Positions 41,013 through 53,090 of a stretch of 64,000 nt of DNA are shown here, one piece after another. The notes beneath the pieces were generated by a model. The model was not told where the DNA came from. It searched no databases and saw nothing but the letters and a program-made list of their open reading frames with translations. How positions within the stretch are numbered: the stretch's first letter is position 1; every line of letters begins with the position of its first letter. This DNA is from Squalus acanthias (lineage: Eukaryota), in assembly GCA_030390025.1 (NCBI GenBank), contig CM059431.1:145454001-145518000 (forward strand), in the 5' to 3' direction. A program made the position numbers and the translations under genes.

Positions 41013-42786
41013 CTCAACACCCGGCATTTGTGCAGTACGGGTCCCAGCCGCTGGAGTCCTTCACATTGAATGTCGCAGTCCTGTAGATCAAGATATTTTT
41101 TTGTATCACAGAGTCCAATGACATGAGACAGGACTGCACAGTCAATCGGGGTCAATGTCAATCCACTCAATGTATGTGATTCCACAAATCCCACTGTGGC
41201 CCGAGCCAGTGCTGTATTCTGAGATTCAAACAGGTAGTGGAATGTGTTCAGGAGGTTCCTTTTACTAGTACCACTCTTTGTGTTTCCAATCTGTCCTTCA
41301 ACCTCTTCCTTAACCCAGTCAATCACTCGGCAGGTTGTTTTATAAAGAAATGGACCCAGAAACAACTCCAGGGGCCGAGATGATTGTGGGGAGCAGAGAC
41401 CAGCAACAGAACGGAGAAATATCTCAAATCGCCCATCTTTCTTGCTGTGGGCTTCTCTGAGGAGTTTCAGGATGTCCCCGGGATCTGGAGTCAGGAATTC
41501 TGCGAGTGCGGCTATAAACTCTTGGATGGTGAGGTGCGGGAATGTGTACACCACGCGCTGGACAGAATCATCTCTCTCCAAAAGTTCCATCATGAACCCA
41601 GATAGGAACTGGGAAGGTTGCAGATTATACTTGATCAAATCTCCATTTCTAAACAGAATTTGCTTATCGGAGACTCCTGTGAAGGCCATCTCACCAATCT
41701 TCAGTAACACATCACGGGGTCTTTCAATCTGTCGGCCATGGTTTTTCAGAATGCTGTAAATATCGTAGGAATTTCGTTGGGTGATGGTCTTGGGAAGACG
41801 CTGCTGATTCCTGTCTCCTTGTGTAAAGAAGGGTCCCAGTGCCAGACCGAGGATCCAGCAGTAGGAAGTGTTGTAGCATATTGTGTGCAGGATCTCGTTC
41901 TCCTCCAGGTGTTTGAAAACAGCTCCTGCCACCGTCTGATTTTTAAAAAATCTCTTGAAATATTCCTTCCGTTCTTCACCAACAAATCCCAGGATTTCAG
42001 CCCAGACACTGATCTCAGCCTTTTGCAGTAAATGTAATGCAGTGGGGCGGCTGGTCACTAGCACAGAACATCATGGGAGCAGCTTGTGCTGTCTTAAACT
42101 GTACACAATGTCAGACACTTCACACCAGTCTTCGGGATCGGTGCACATGGACTGAGGTTCTGTATTTCTCCGATTTTCAACAAAATCGATCCTGTCCTTG
42201 AATTCATCCAAACCATCGAATATAAACAGTAATCCCTCTGGGTTCTTCCAGAGCTCTCTCAGAATATTCCGAAAGTAAGGATAGAGATCCAGTATCAGAT
42301 TCCTTAGGTTTATTCTACAGTTAATAGCGTTCAAATCCCGGAATTTAAAGTTGAAAACAAATTGAAAGTGTAGGTATATTTTCCCAGTGGCCCAGTCATG
42401 AACAATCTTTTGCACCATTGTTGTTTTTCCAATCCCCGGGACTCCGCTCACTGCTGCTGAACTCCCAGATTTGGATCGGTGGAAGAAATGATTCAATTTC
42501 TGGAGCAATCTGCGCCTCCGGGAAAAACAGCTCTGGAACAATTGATCAATTCGGATTTTCTCCAGTTCTCTCCGGAGATGTTTCTCTCTCCACTCTTCAT
42601 GGTCTCGGCCTCTTGCCAGCAGTTCATGTTCTACAAGTGTCCGATCTCGAACAGTAGAAAAGACCGTTAGCTCAGCGTATCGATCAACCAGCTGGAAAAT
42701 CTTAACCTTCTCCTTTATTAGGATAGTGTTCACTCTCAGTGTTTCAGTTTGTACCCGGAGTGTTTCATTGTGTTTCTGTTGAACAT
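41013..42786 (-). pseudogene. NLR exon 5: FISNA-like + NACHT + HD1/WHD/HD2 + start of LRR region, with in-frame stop
   Basis: Acceptor ctaattaaag|ATGTTC at 42787/42786 and donor TTGAG|gtaact at 41013/41012. ORFs 42071..42733 and 41009..42064 share one frame and are separated only by TGA (KLLP*CSVLVTSRP). Confidence 0.92.
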
Positions 42787-43189
42787 CTTTAATTAGAACA
42801 GACAGAAAATGCTTCTCAATGTTAGTTGTATTAACAAAAACAACTTGGAAATAGCACCTTGCAATTCAGTAAGCTTTGAAACCTTTTATTTCATAGCTTC
42901 ACTGGAGTCGTAAGGAGAAAATTAAAACCAAGTGAATGAGAAATGTGTTTGAAAGACAATGTCGCTCAGAAACGCTTCAAATCCTCACTTAATTTTGCTA
43001 TTTACTGAATTTGGACATTTCAATGAAGGTGATAGGTTCCTAATGATGGTTAACATTATCAGTCCTACCCTGCACTGTAAATATCTGAGTAAAAATCCAA
43101 TCATAATTCTTGTTATAAAACACTGGAGGTTATCGTGCTAAATTATGAATTGTGCACAGAATGATGCATTTCTGGCGTCCAGAACGATG

Positions 43190-43533
43190 AATGCTGTATC
43201 GATGAGTTCCGTCAAGTTTGAGCTCGACCTCTCTCTAGCTGAGCTGGACATTACCTCTTACATAAGGTGGATATTGCGGGGAATGTAGGGCAAGAATGAT
43301 CAGCTGGACTTGTAACAAACGCCGAGAAGAACAAATTCCCAGATTTTACCTCCCCCCCCACCCCCGCCAATTGGCCTTGGTTTTTACCTGCTTCTGTCTT
43401 TCTCCCAGGAGATCACAATGTTTTAAATAGGTGGAGAGTGTATAAAATTTACACGAAGTATCACAATTGTGTGGAACAGCTGGGGTGGTCCAAAGTGTCT
43501 TTACATTTCTGTCATTGTTCGTATGTTCTTATG
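43190..43533 (+). mobile_element. LINE (CR1-like) 3' end fragment
   Basis: Degenerate ORF2 C-terminus-like stretch (...SSVKFELDLSL...) followed by a 3' UTR ending in a short tandem tail (GTTCGTATGTTCTTATG). Confidence 0.45.
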
Positions 43534-43559
43534 AACTGTTTTCATCGAGTACATAAGTA

Positions 43560-43866
43560 GAATTTTTTTTCCAGTGGCAGAAAGGTCAGTAACTGAAGGA
43601 CACACATTTAAGGTAATTGGCAAAAGAACCAGAGGCGACATGATTAATTTGTTTCACGCAGCGTGTCTTTGTGATCTGGAATGCAATGCCTGAAACGGTG
43701 GTGGAAGCAGATTCGAGAATAACTTGCAAAATACTTGAATGGAAAATAATTATAGGTCTCTGGGGAAAGAGCAGTGTAGTCGGACTAATTGGATAGCTCT
43801 ACCAAAGAGCCGACACAGGCAAGATGGGGCGAATGGACTCTTTCTGTGCTGTATCATTGGATGATT
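43560..43866 (+). mobile_element. CR1 LINE 3' end fragment
   Basis: Encodes the CR1 ORF2 terminus (GHTFKVIGKRTRG...FTQRV...IWNAMPETVVEADS). The 3' end GAATGGACTCTTTCTGTGCTGT resembles the ends of the larger CR1 copies in this window. Confidence 0.8.
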
Positions 43867-44002
43867 TGGGGTATTCTGTGCAAAGGGAGAGGGACAGACT
43901 GCAACTATACAGGAGATCCATTGTAATTTTATCAGATCTTGCGCAGGTTATCTGGGGTACTTTGTTCACTGATAGAGGTACAGACTGTGAATAGACAGAA
44001 GT

Positions 44003-44500
44003 TCCGCTCGGTGTCCTTTTTGACCCTAATCTGAGCTTCCCCGCCCATATCCTCTCCATCACGAAGACCACCTTCATAATATCACCTCTCTCCGCCACAG
44101 CTCATCTGCTGCTGAACCCCTCAACAATGCCTTTGTTACCTCCAATCTGGACTATTCCAAGGCTCTATTTGTAATCCTCCAATATTGCAATATCCGTAAA
44201 CTTGAGCTCATCTAAAATCCTGCTGCTCGTATCCTCACTCGCACCAATCTCGTTCACCCTTCACCCCTGAGCTCGTTGACATATATTGGCTCACAGTCCA
44301 GAAACTATTCAATTAAAAAAATCTCATTCTTGTTTTCAAATCACTCAATGACCTCGTCCGCACTCTCTCTCTGTAACCTTCTCCAGCCTTACAAACATCA
44401 AAGGTCTCTGTGCTCCTCCATTTCTGGGCTCTTGTGCACCCCAAATTGTCATCCCTCCAATATTGGCGGCTGTACCGTCGGCTTCCTAGGCCTTACGGAT
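44003..44500 (+). mobile_element. L2-clade LINE fragment
   Basis: Degenerate post-RT motifs LGVLFDPNLSF..HILSITKT and SSAAEPLNNAFVTSNLDYS, typical of L2 ORF2. Confidence 0.75.
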
Positions 44501-45009
44501 TACCTTCTTAACTTATCGCTCTCTTAAGAGAAGCTCCACTGTTATTGTATCAGGACTCGGGCAGGTTCTCTGGTTTATTTTGTGCAGAGAGAGGGGCAGA
44601 CTGTGAATAGATGGAATTTAATTTTTTGTAGTTTCAGGGATCATGCAGGTTATCTGGGGTATTACCTGCACTGCTATAATTACCCGATCACAGGTAACGT
44701 TTACTGCTATTCTGAAGGTACAGAGGGGGATCAGATAGATGATTGAAGTTATCAAGAGTTTAGGATGAGTGGGTTAAGATGTATTGTGTTTGGACAGGAG
44801 ACTTCAGTATTAAAATGTTTTACTCGAATTCACAACATTAGCGCAGGAAACAGGTTCACAATTACAAGACAATAAATAATGGTGAAAATTGTAAGTCAGA
44901 AGTAAGAAGGGAAATCAGGGATATGTTTTTACCGAATAGCTAATAGAGCGAGAGACTAATTACTAGGGAAGAACACCAAAGGTGCAATATAGGTGGGGTC
45001 TACGTACAA

Positions 45010-47726
45010 TTAAAGATGTTTCTGTGTATAGACTAAGAGAAAGTGAAGGTGGGGTCATCTCTGTAATCAAGGATTCAATTACTGCTGTAAGGATGGATGA
45101 TATCTTAGCAGGTTCCTCTAATGAGGCCATATGGGTAGAACTTAAAAACAAAAAGAGGGCAAGCACTTTGCTGAGAGTGTACTATAGGCCCCCAAACAGT
45201 CAGGGGGAGATAGAAGAACAGATATGTAGGCAAATCTCAGAGAAGTGTAGAAATAATAGGGTATTAATAGTAGGGGAATTCAAATTCCCCAATATTAACA
45301 GGGATAGTCAGAGTGTGAAAAGCTTAGAGGGTGCGGAATTCTTAAAGTGCATCCAGGAGAGCTTTTTGAGCCAGCATGTAGAAAGTCCTACAAGAGAGGG
45401 GGAGGTACTGGACCTAATTCTAGGGAATGTAGCCGTGCAAGTGGTTGAAGTGTTAGTAGGAGAGCATGTTGGTGACAGTGAACATAATTGGGTGAGATTT
45501 AAGGTAGTCATGGCAAAGGACAAGATGGACCGGAAACACAAGTTATAAATTGGGGGAAGGTCGAGTTTAATATGATAAGGCAGGATCTGGCCAAAGTGGA
45601 CTGGGATCAGTTACTTGTAGGAGAATCCACATCAAAGAAGTGGGAGTCATTCAGAAATGAAATAGAGAGAGTACAATGCCAACATATTCCCGTAAAGGTC
45701 AAGGGTGGGACCAACAATTCCAGGGAAACCTGCATGTCAAGGGATATACAAGAATGGATTAGGAAAAAAAAGGAGGCTTTTGGCAGATACAAAGGACTAA
45801 AAACAGTGGATGCCCGAGAGGAGTATAGAAAGTGCAGGGGGGTACTTAAAAAAGAAATTGGGAGAGCGAAGAGAGGCATGCAAAAACACTTGTGGGCAAA
45901 AAAAGGAACATTCCAAGGTGTTTTATAAGTATATTAAGGGCAAAAGGATAACCAGGGAAAGAGTAAGGCCCATTAGGGACCAAAGTGGAAATCTGTGTGT
46001 AGAGCCGGAAGATGTAGGTGAGCTTTTAAATGAATATTTTGCATCTGTGTTCACTATGGAGAAGGAGGACGTAGGCATAGAAATCAGGCAGAGGGATTGT
46101 GATATACTTGAAAAAAAATAGCATTGAGAGCGAGGGGGTACGAGTAGTTTTAGCGGGCTTAAAATTGGGGAATCCGCAGGCCCAGACGAGATGTATCCCA
46201 GGCTGCTGGGTGAGGTAAGTGAAGCGATTGAAGGGGCTCTGACACAAATTTTCAGAACCTCTCTGGCTACAGGGGAGGTGCCAGAGGACTGGAGGACAGC
46301 TAGCGTAATATCATTATTCAAGAAAGGTAGTAGGGATAAACCAGGTAATTACAGGCCAGTGAGCCTAACATCAGTGGTAGGGAAATAATTGAAAACATTC
46401 TGAGGGACAAAATTAGTCTCCACTTGGAGAGGCAAAGATTAATCAAGAATAGTCAGCATGGCTTTGTCAGGGGGAGGTAATGTCTAACCAATAGGATTGA
46501 ATGGTCGAGGGCGTGACTAGGTGTGTGGATGAGGGTAGTGCAGTTGATGTAGTCTACATGGACTTCACTAAGGCTTTTGACAAAGATTCGCATGGGAGAC
46601 TGGTGAAGAAGGTAAGTGCCCATGGGATCCAGGGCAATTTGGCACATTGGATCCAAAATGTACTTAGTGGCAGGAGGCAGAGGGTGATGTTCGAAGGTTG
46701 TTTTTGTGACTGGAAGACTGTGTCCAGTGATGCACCGCAGGGATCGGGGGCTGTCTACCTTGTTGTTTGTACTGTATATTCATGATTTAGATATGAATGT
46801 AGGAGGAATGATCAGTAATTTCGCAGATGGCACGAACATTGGTGGAGTGGTAAATAGCGAGGAGGGAAGCCTCAGGCTACAGGACGATATAGACGGGGTT
46901 GGTCAGATGGGCAGAACAGTGACAAATGGAATTTGACCCTGAAAAGTGTGAGGTGATGCATTTTGGGAGGACTAACAAGGCAAGGGAATACACAATGAAT
47001 GGTAGGACCCTAGGAAGCACAGAGGATCAGCATGTACATAGATCCCTGAAGGCAGCAGGACAGGTAGATAAGGTGGTTAAGAAGGGATATGGAATACTTG
47101 CCTTCATTAGCCGAGGCATAGAATATAAGAGCAGGGAGGTTATGTTGGAGCTCTACAAAACGCTATTGTGGCCACAGCTGCAATACTGTGTGCTGTTCTG
47201 ATCGCCACACTACAGGAAGGATGTGATTGCATTGGAGAGGGTGCAGAGGAGATTCACCAGGATGTTACCTGGGCTGGAGAGTTTCAGCTATGAAGAGAGA
47301 CTGGACAGGCTGTGGTTGTTTTCCTTAGAGCAGATAAGACTGAGGGGGGACGTGATTGAGGTGTACAAAATTACGAGGTGCATAGATAGGGTAGATAGAA
47401 AGGAACGTTTCCCCTTAGTAGAGGGGTCAAGAACCAAGGGTCACAGTTTCTAATTAAGGGGCAGGAGGTTTAGAGGAGATTTGAGGAATTTTTTTTTCAC
47501 CCAGAGGGTGGTTGGAATCTGGAACTCTTGCCTGAAAGGGTGGTAGAGGCAGAAACCTTCACAACATTCAAGAAGCATTTAGATGAGCACTTGAAGGACC
47601 ATAGCATACAAGGCTACGGACCAAGTGCTGGAAAATGGGATTAGAATAAATAGGGCTTGATGGCCGGCGCAGACACGATGGGCCGAAGGGCCTCTTTCTG
47701 TGCTGTGCAACTCCATGACTCTAAGA
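45010..47726 (+). mobile_element. 5'-truncated, decayed CR1 LINE (APE endonuclease + reverse transcriptase ORF2)
   Basis: APE motifs (IWVEL, YYRPPN, PTREGEVLDLIL, GDSEH) and RT motifs (PGNYRPVSLTSVVGK, QHGF, VYMDFTKAFDK, PQGS, FADGT), a CR1 C-terminus (ALERVQRRFTRMLPGL) and 3' tail CTCCATGACTCTA. Many frameshifts and stops. Confidence 0.95.
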
Positions 47727-48154
47727 GAGACAGGCTAATTTGGGCCAAATGTCATTTTGCTCTCCATACTCATTCTCATTTTACATCTGCTTCAGAGATT
47801 ACAAAATATTTTTCAGCAGCTTTATGCATGCATTCATTGAATTTGTTTTTGTAGCAATCCTGTCATACCACTGATTAGAATTAGAAATAGAACTACCGCC
47901 CACTTCACTAAGTGTAATGTTAGAGCACAAAACGTTAACAGTTCATTTCAACTAATATAGCAAAAGTATATGTTTAATTTTGTGCTCAGCTTTCTATAAT
48001 GCAGGATTCAGAAATTAAAAATATGCTTCTGTTAGTCATTTCATTAGGTCTAGAAATAATTCTGAAATAAATGAAAATTCTTAGAATAATGTTATCTCTT
48101 TCACTGCCATTAGGAAGCTAGCCAAAAACTTTCTACGCAGCCTAAACATTGTCT

Positions 48155-48193
48155 TGGGGTTTCACAGTGAATCAGGATCCTGCCAGGTGTGTA
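48155..48193. repeat. Orphan single unit of the second 39-bp minisatellite
   Basis: TGGGGTTTCACAGTGAATCAGGATCCTGCCAGGTGTGTA matches the 50591-52638 consensus at 38 of 39 positions. Confidence 0.9.
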
Positions 48194-50590
48194 GAATCCT
48201 AGAATGGTTACAGCAAGGAAGAAGGCAATTCGGCCCGTCGAGCCCGTGCCTGCTCTCTGCACTTCAGCTAGTCCCACTCACCTGTTCTTTCCCCGTAGCC
48301 CTGCATTTTTTTTTCTTCAGGTACTTATCCAACTCCCTTTTGAAAGCAATAATTGAGTCTGCCTCCAGCACCCTTTGAGGTATTGCATTCCAGATCCTAA
48401 CCACTCGCTGAGTAAAACAATTTTTCCTCATGTTACCTTTGGTTCTTCTGCCAATCACCTTAAATCTGTGTTCTTTAGTTCTCGACCCTTCTGCCAATGG
48501 GAACAGTTTCTATCTATCTACTCTGTCCAGACCCCTCATTATTTTGAACACCTCCATTAAATCTCCTCTCAATCTTCTCTGCTTTGAAGAGAACAACCCC
48601 AGCTTCTTCAGTCTATCAACGTAACTGAAGTCCCTCATCGCTGGAATCATTCCGCTATATCTTTTATGTACCCTCTCTAATGCCTTCACATCGTTCCTAA
48701 AGTGCGGTACCCAGAATTGGAGACAATACTTCAGTTGAGGCCGAACCAACGTTTTATACAGGTTCATCATAATGTCCACGCTTTGAACTCTGTATCTCTA
48801 TTCATGAAACCCATGATCCCGGAAGCTGTTTTAACTGCTTTCTCAAACTGCCCTGCCACCTTCAAAGATTTGTGCCCAAATACCCCTCTGTCTCTGTTCA
48901 TGCAACCCCATTATGAATGTACCCGTTATTTTCTATTTTCTTTCCTCATTCTTTCCACCAAATTCTACCAAACGTCGCAATTTTCAGCATAACATTTCAT
49001 CTGCCACGTCTCCACCGATTCCACCAGCCTGTCTATGTCTTCTTGAAGTCTATCACTATTATCCTCCCTGCTCACTATACTATCAAGTTTTATGACAGCT
49101 GCACATTTTGAAATTGTGCCCCGTACAGCTACATCCAATTCATTAATATAGATCAAGAAAAGCAGTGGTACCGGAACCGACCGCTGGGAACACCACTGTA
49201 TACCTTCTTCTAGACTGAAAAACAACCGTTCACCACTACTGTCTGTTTCCTGCTACTTAGCCAATTTCGTATCCCTCCTCCCACTGTCCCTTTTATTCCA
49301 TGGGCTTCAACTTTGTTGGCAAGCCTTTTATGTGGCACTTTGTCGAACGCCTTTTGGAATTCCATGTATACCACGTGAAATGCATTGCCCTCAGCAACCC
49401 TCTCCGTTACCTCATCAAAACAATCGATCACGTTGGTTAATCTCGATTTGACTTTAACAAATCCGTGCTGGCTGTCCTTCATTATTTCACACTTGTACAA
49501 GTGAAATTTAATTTTGTCCCTGATTATTGTCTCTAGAAGCATTCATACTACCGAGGTTAAACTGACTGGCCTGCAGTTGTTGGGTTTATCTTTACATCGC
49601 TTTTTGAACAAGGGTATAACATATGCAATTCCTTAGTCCTCTGGACCACCCTCGTATCTTTGGAGGACTGGAAGATTACGGCCAGTATCTCCGCGATTTC
49701 TTTTTTCACTTCCTTCAGCATCCGAGGATGCATCCCATCTGATCCTAGCGACTTATCTACTTTAATTACAGCCAGCCTTTCCAGTACCTTCTCTTTATCA
49801 ATTTTTACCCCATCCAGTATCTCCTCTGCGACTTCCTTCACTATGCCTATAGCAGCATCTTCTTCTTTAAAGACAGGTGCAAAGTACTCATTTAGTACAT
49901 TAGCCATATCCTCTGCCACCATACGTAGGTCTCCTTTTAGGTCACTAATCGGCCCCACTCTTACTACCAGTTTACTATTTGTATGCCGATAGAAGACTTT
50001 TGGATTATCTTTTAAGTTAGCTGCCATTCTATGCTCATACCCTCTCTTTGACCCTCTTATTTTATTTTTCACTTCTCCTCTGAACTTTTTATATTTAGCC
50101 TGATTCTCAGATGTATTCTCGACCTGACATCTGTCATACGTGTTTTTTTTTCTGCTTCATTTTACTCCCTATATATTTTGTCATCCAGGGAGCTCTGACT
50201 TTATTTGCCCTAGCATTCCCCCTAGTGGGAACGTATCTTGACTATACCCGAACTATTTCCTCTTTAGAGGCGGCCCAATTTTCGATTACAGTTTTGCCTG
50301 CTAATCTTTGATTCGCATTTACTCGGGCCAGATCGGTTCTCATCCCACTGGAATTTGCCTTCCTCCAATTAAGTATTTTTACTCTAGATTGTTCCATGTT
50401 CTTTTCAATAGCTAATATAAACCTTATGTTACTATGATCATTGTTACCTAAATGTTCACCTTGCTCCTCTTGTCCCACCTCATTCCCCAGAACCAGAGCC
50501 AGCAATGCCTCCTTCCTTGTTGGGCCGAAAACATACTGATCAAGAAATTTCTCCTGAAAACACTTCGGAAAATCTTCGCCCTTTCTACCC
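48194..50590 (-). mobile_element. 5'-truncated, decayed CR1 LINE
   Basis: Minus-strand ORF fragments include GEHLGNNDH, GSDGMHPRMLKE, SQHGFVKVKSRLTN, VYMEFQKAFDKVPH, LYKTLVRPQL and FTQRVVRIWN. The 3' tail ATTCTAGGATTCTA is at the left end. Confidence 0.95.
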
Positions 50591-52638
50591 TATGGAGTTT
50601 CACAGTCTATTCGGCTCCTGCCAGGTGTGTATGGGGTTTCATGGTGTATCAGGAACTTGCTAGGTTTGTATGGAGTTTCACAGTGTATCGGGATCCTGCC
50701 AGGTGTGTATGGTTTGCACATTGTATCAGGATCTTGCCTGGTGTGTGTTGGGTTTCGCAGTGTGTCAGGATCCTGCCAGGTGTGTATTGGGTTTCAATGT
50801 ATCAGGATCCTGCCAGGTGTGTAGGGGCTTTCACAGTGTATCAGGATCATGCCAGGTGTCTATGGGGTTTCACAGTGTATCAGGATCATGCCAGGTGTCT
50901 ATGGGGTTTCACAGTGTATTAGGATCCTGCCAGGTGTGTATGGGGTTTCACAGTGTATCAGGATCCTGCCAGGTGTGTATGGGGTTGCACAGTGTATCAG
51001 GATCCTGTCAGGTGCGTATGGGGTTTCACAGTGTATCAGGATCCTGCAAGGTGTGTATGGAGTTTAAGTGTATCAGGATCCTGCCAGATGTGTATGGGGA
51101 TTCACAGTGTATCAGGATCCTGCCAGGTGTGTATGGGGTTTCAGTGTATCAGGATCCTGCCAGATGTGTATAGGGATTCACAGTGTATCAGGATCCTGCC
51201 AGGTGTGCATGGGGTTTCACAGTGTATCAGGATTCTGCCAGGTGTGTACGGGATTTCAGTGTATCAGGATCCTGCCAGGTGTGTATGGGTTTTCTCAGTG
51301 TATCAGGATTCTGCCAGCTGTGTACGAGGTTTCACAGTATATCAGGATCCTGCCAGGTGTGTATGGGCTTTCAGTGTATCAGGATCCTGCCAGGTGTGTA
51401 TGGGGTTTCACAGTGTATCAGGATCCTGCCAGATGTGTATGGGGATTCACAGTGTATCAGGTTCCTGCCAGGTGTGTATGGGGTTTCACAGTGTATCAGA
51501 ATCCTGCCAGGTGTGTATGGGATTTCACTGTGTATCAGGATCCTGCCAAGTGTGTATGGGGTTTCACAGTGTATCAGGATCCTGTCAGGTGTGTAGGGGT
51601 TTTCACAGTGTATCGGGATCCTGCTAGGTGTGTATGGGGTTTCACAGTGTATCCGGATCCTGTCAGGTGTGTATGGGGTTTCACAGTGTATCAGGATCCT
51701 GCTATGTGTGTATGGGGTTTCAGTGTATCAGGATCCTGCCAGATGTGTATAGGGATTCACAGTGTATCAGGATCCTGCCAGGTGTGCATGGGGTTTCACA
51801 GTGTATCAGGATTCTGCCAGGTGTGTACGGGATTTCAGTGTATCAGGATCCTGCCAGATGTGTATAGGGATTCACAGTGTATCAGGATCCTGCCAGGTGT
51901 GCATGGGGTTTCACAGTGTATCAGGATTCTGCCAGGTGTGTACGGGATTTCAGTGTATCAGGATCCTGCCAGGTGTGTATGGGTTTTCTCAGTGTATCAG
52001 GATTCTGCCAGCTGTGTACGGGGTTTCACAGTATATCAGGATCCTGCCAGGTGTGTATGGGCTTTCAGTGTATCAGGATCCTGCCAGGTGTGTACGGGGC
52101 TTCACAGTGTATCAGGATCCTGCCAGATGTGTATGGGGATTCACAGTGTATCAGGTTCCTGCCAGGTGTGTATGGGGTTTCACAGTGTATCAGGATCCTG
52201 CCAGATGTGTATGGGGATTAACAGTGTATCAGGTTCCTGCCAGGTGTGTATGGAGTTTCACAGTGTATCAGAATCCTGCCAGGTGTGTATGGGATTTCAC
52301 AGTGTATCAGGATACTGCCAAGTGTGTATGGGGTTTCACAGTGTATCAGGATCCTGTCAGGTGTGTAGGGGTTTTCACAGTGTATCGGGATCCTGCTAGG
52401 TGTGTATGGGGTTTCACAGTGTATCCGGATCCTGTCAGGTGTGTATGGGGTTTCACAGTGTATCAGGATCCTGCTATGTGTGTATGGGGTTTCACAGTGT
52501 ATCAGGATCCTGCCAGGTGTGTATGAGGTTTCACAGTGTATCAGGATCCTGATAGGTGTGTATGGGGTTTCACAGTGTATCAGGATACTGCTAGGTGTGT
52601 ATGGGGTTTCACAGTGTATCAGGACCTTGTCAGTTGTA
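50591..52638. repeat. Second 39-bp minisatellite (~52 units) in NLR intron 4
   Basis: Consensus TGGGGTTTCACAGTGTATCAGGATCCTGCCAGGTGTGTA, with a GGATCC site per unit. Some 37-bp variants lack CA, and divergence is moderate. Confidence 0.97.
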
Positions 52639-52918
52639 CTTAAAACTTCACAAGTGATAGAGATCAGCAGCAGGATTTTGTGAAATAATTCAGCGTCCGC
52701 ATATTTAGAGGAAACGTAAGAAATCCTATTAATTGTTGCTTTAATCTGCACTGAATAGTTGAGAATTGATGACAAATGTAACAAGTTCAATCCTGTTACC
52801 CCAGCCTTTGAGCCTCTGATTCCCAGATTCTGACAATCTCTAAACAAACGGCTACAGTTAATCATTCCGAATCTCAGAAGGGAAATAAACGTTTTTAAAT
52901 CTTCATTTCCTCACTTAC

Positions 52919-52984
52919 CTTTCAGGTGACTGGGTATTTCGGATAAACCTTGTGCGATGTTCATGTAATGAAACGGATCTGAAC
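52919..52984 (-). CDS. NLR exon 4 (66 nt linker, GSDPFHYMNIAQGLSEIPSHLK)
   Basis: Boundaries aaacag|GTTCAG and CTGAAAG|gtaagt. Phase 1-1 links exon 3 to the NACHT exon without a frameshift. Confidence 0.8.
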
Positions 52985-53090
52985 CTGTTTAAATCAATTA
53001 CTTTTCATGAAATCAGATGTGTTTAATAGTATAGTAAAATCTTCAGTGTTTGAATCTGGACATTGAATTCAGCGTGTCATTTTACCGTAC

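Noticed and set aside
42071..42073. Selenocysteine or programmed read-through at the in-frame TGA
   Set aside because: The position corresponds to a small non-catalytic residue before sensor-1 and NLRs are not known selenoproteins. The 3' UTR, where a SECIS would lie, is not in the window. A nonsense change or a sequencing error is simpler.
45010..50590. Active or domesticated reverse transcriptase genes
   Set aside because: Both CR1 copies are 5'-truncated with many frameshifts and stops, and their catalytic motifs are altered (FADGT and CAAVI in place of FADDT).
50452..52865. Cys-rich ORFs over the second minisatellite
   Set aside because: They are repeat translations in several overlapping frames, and frequent 2-bp indels switch the frames.
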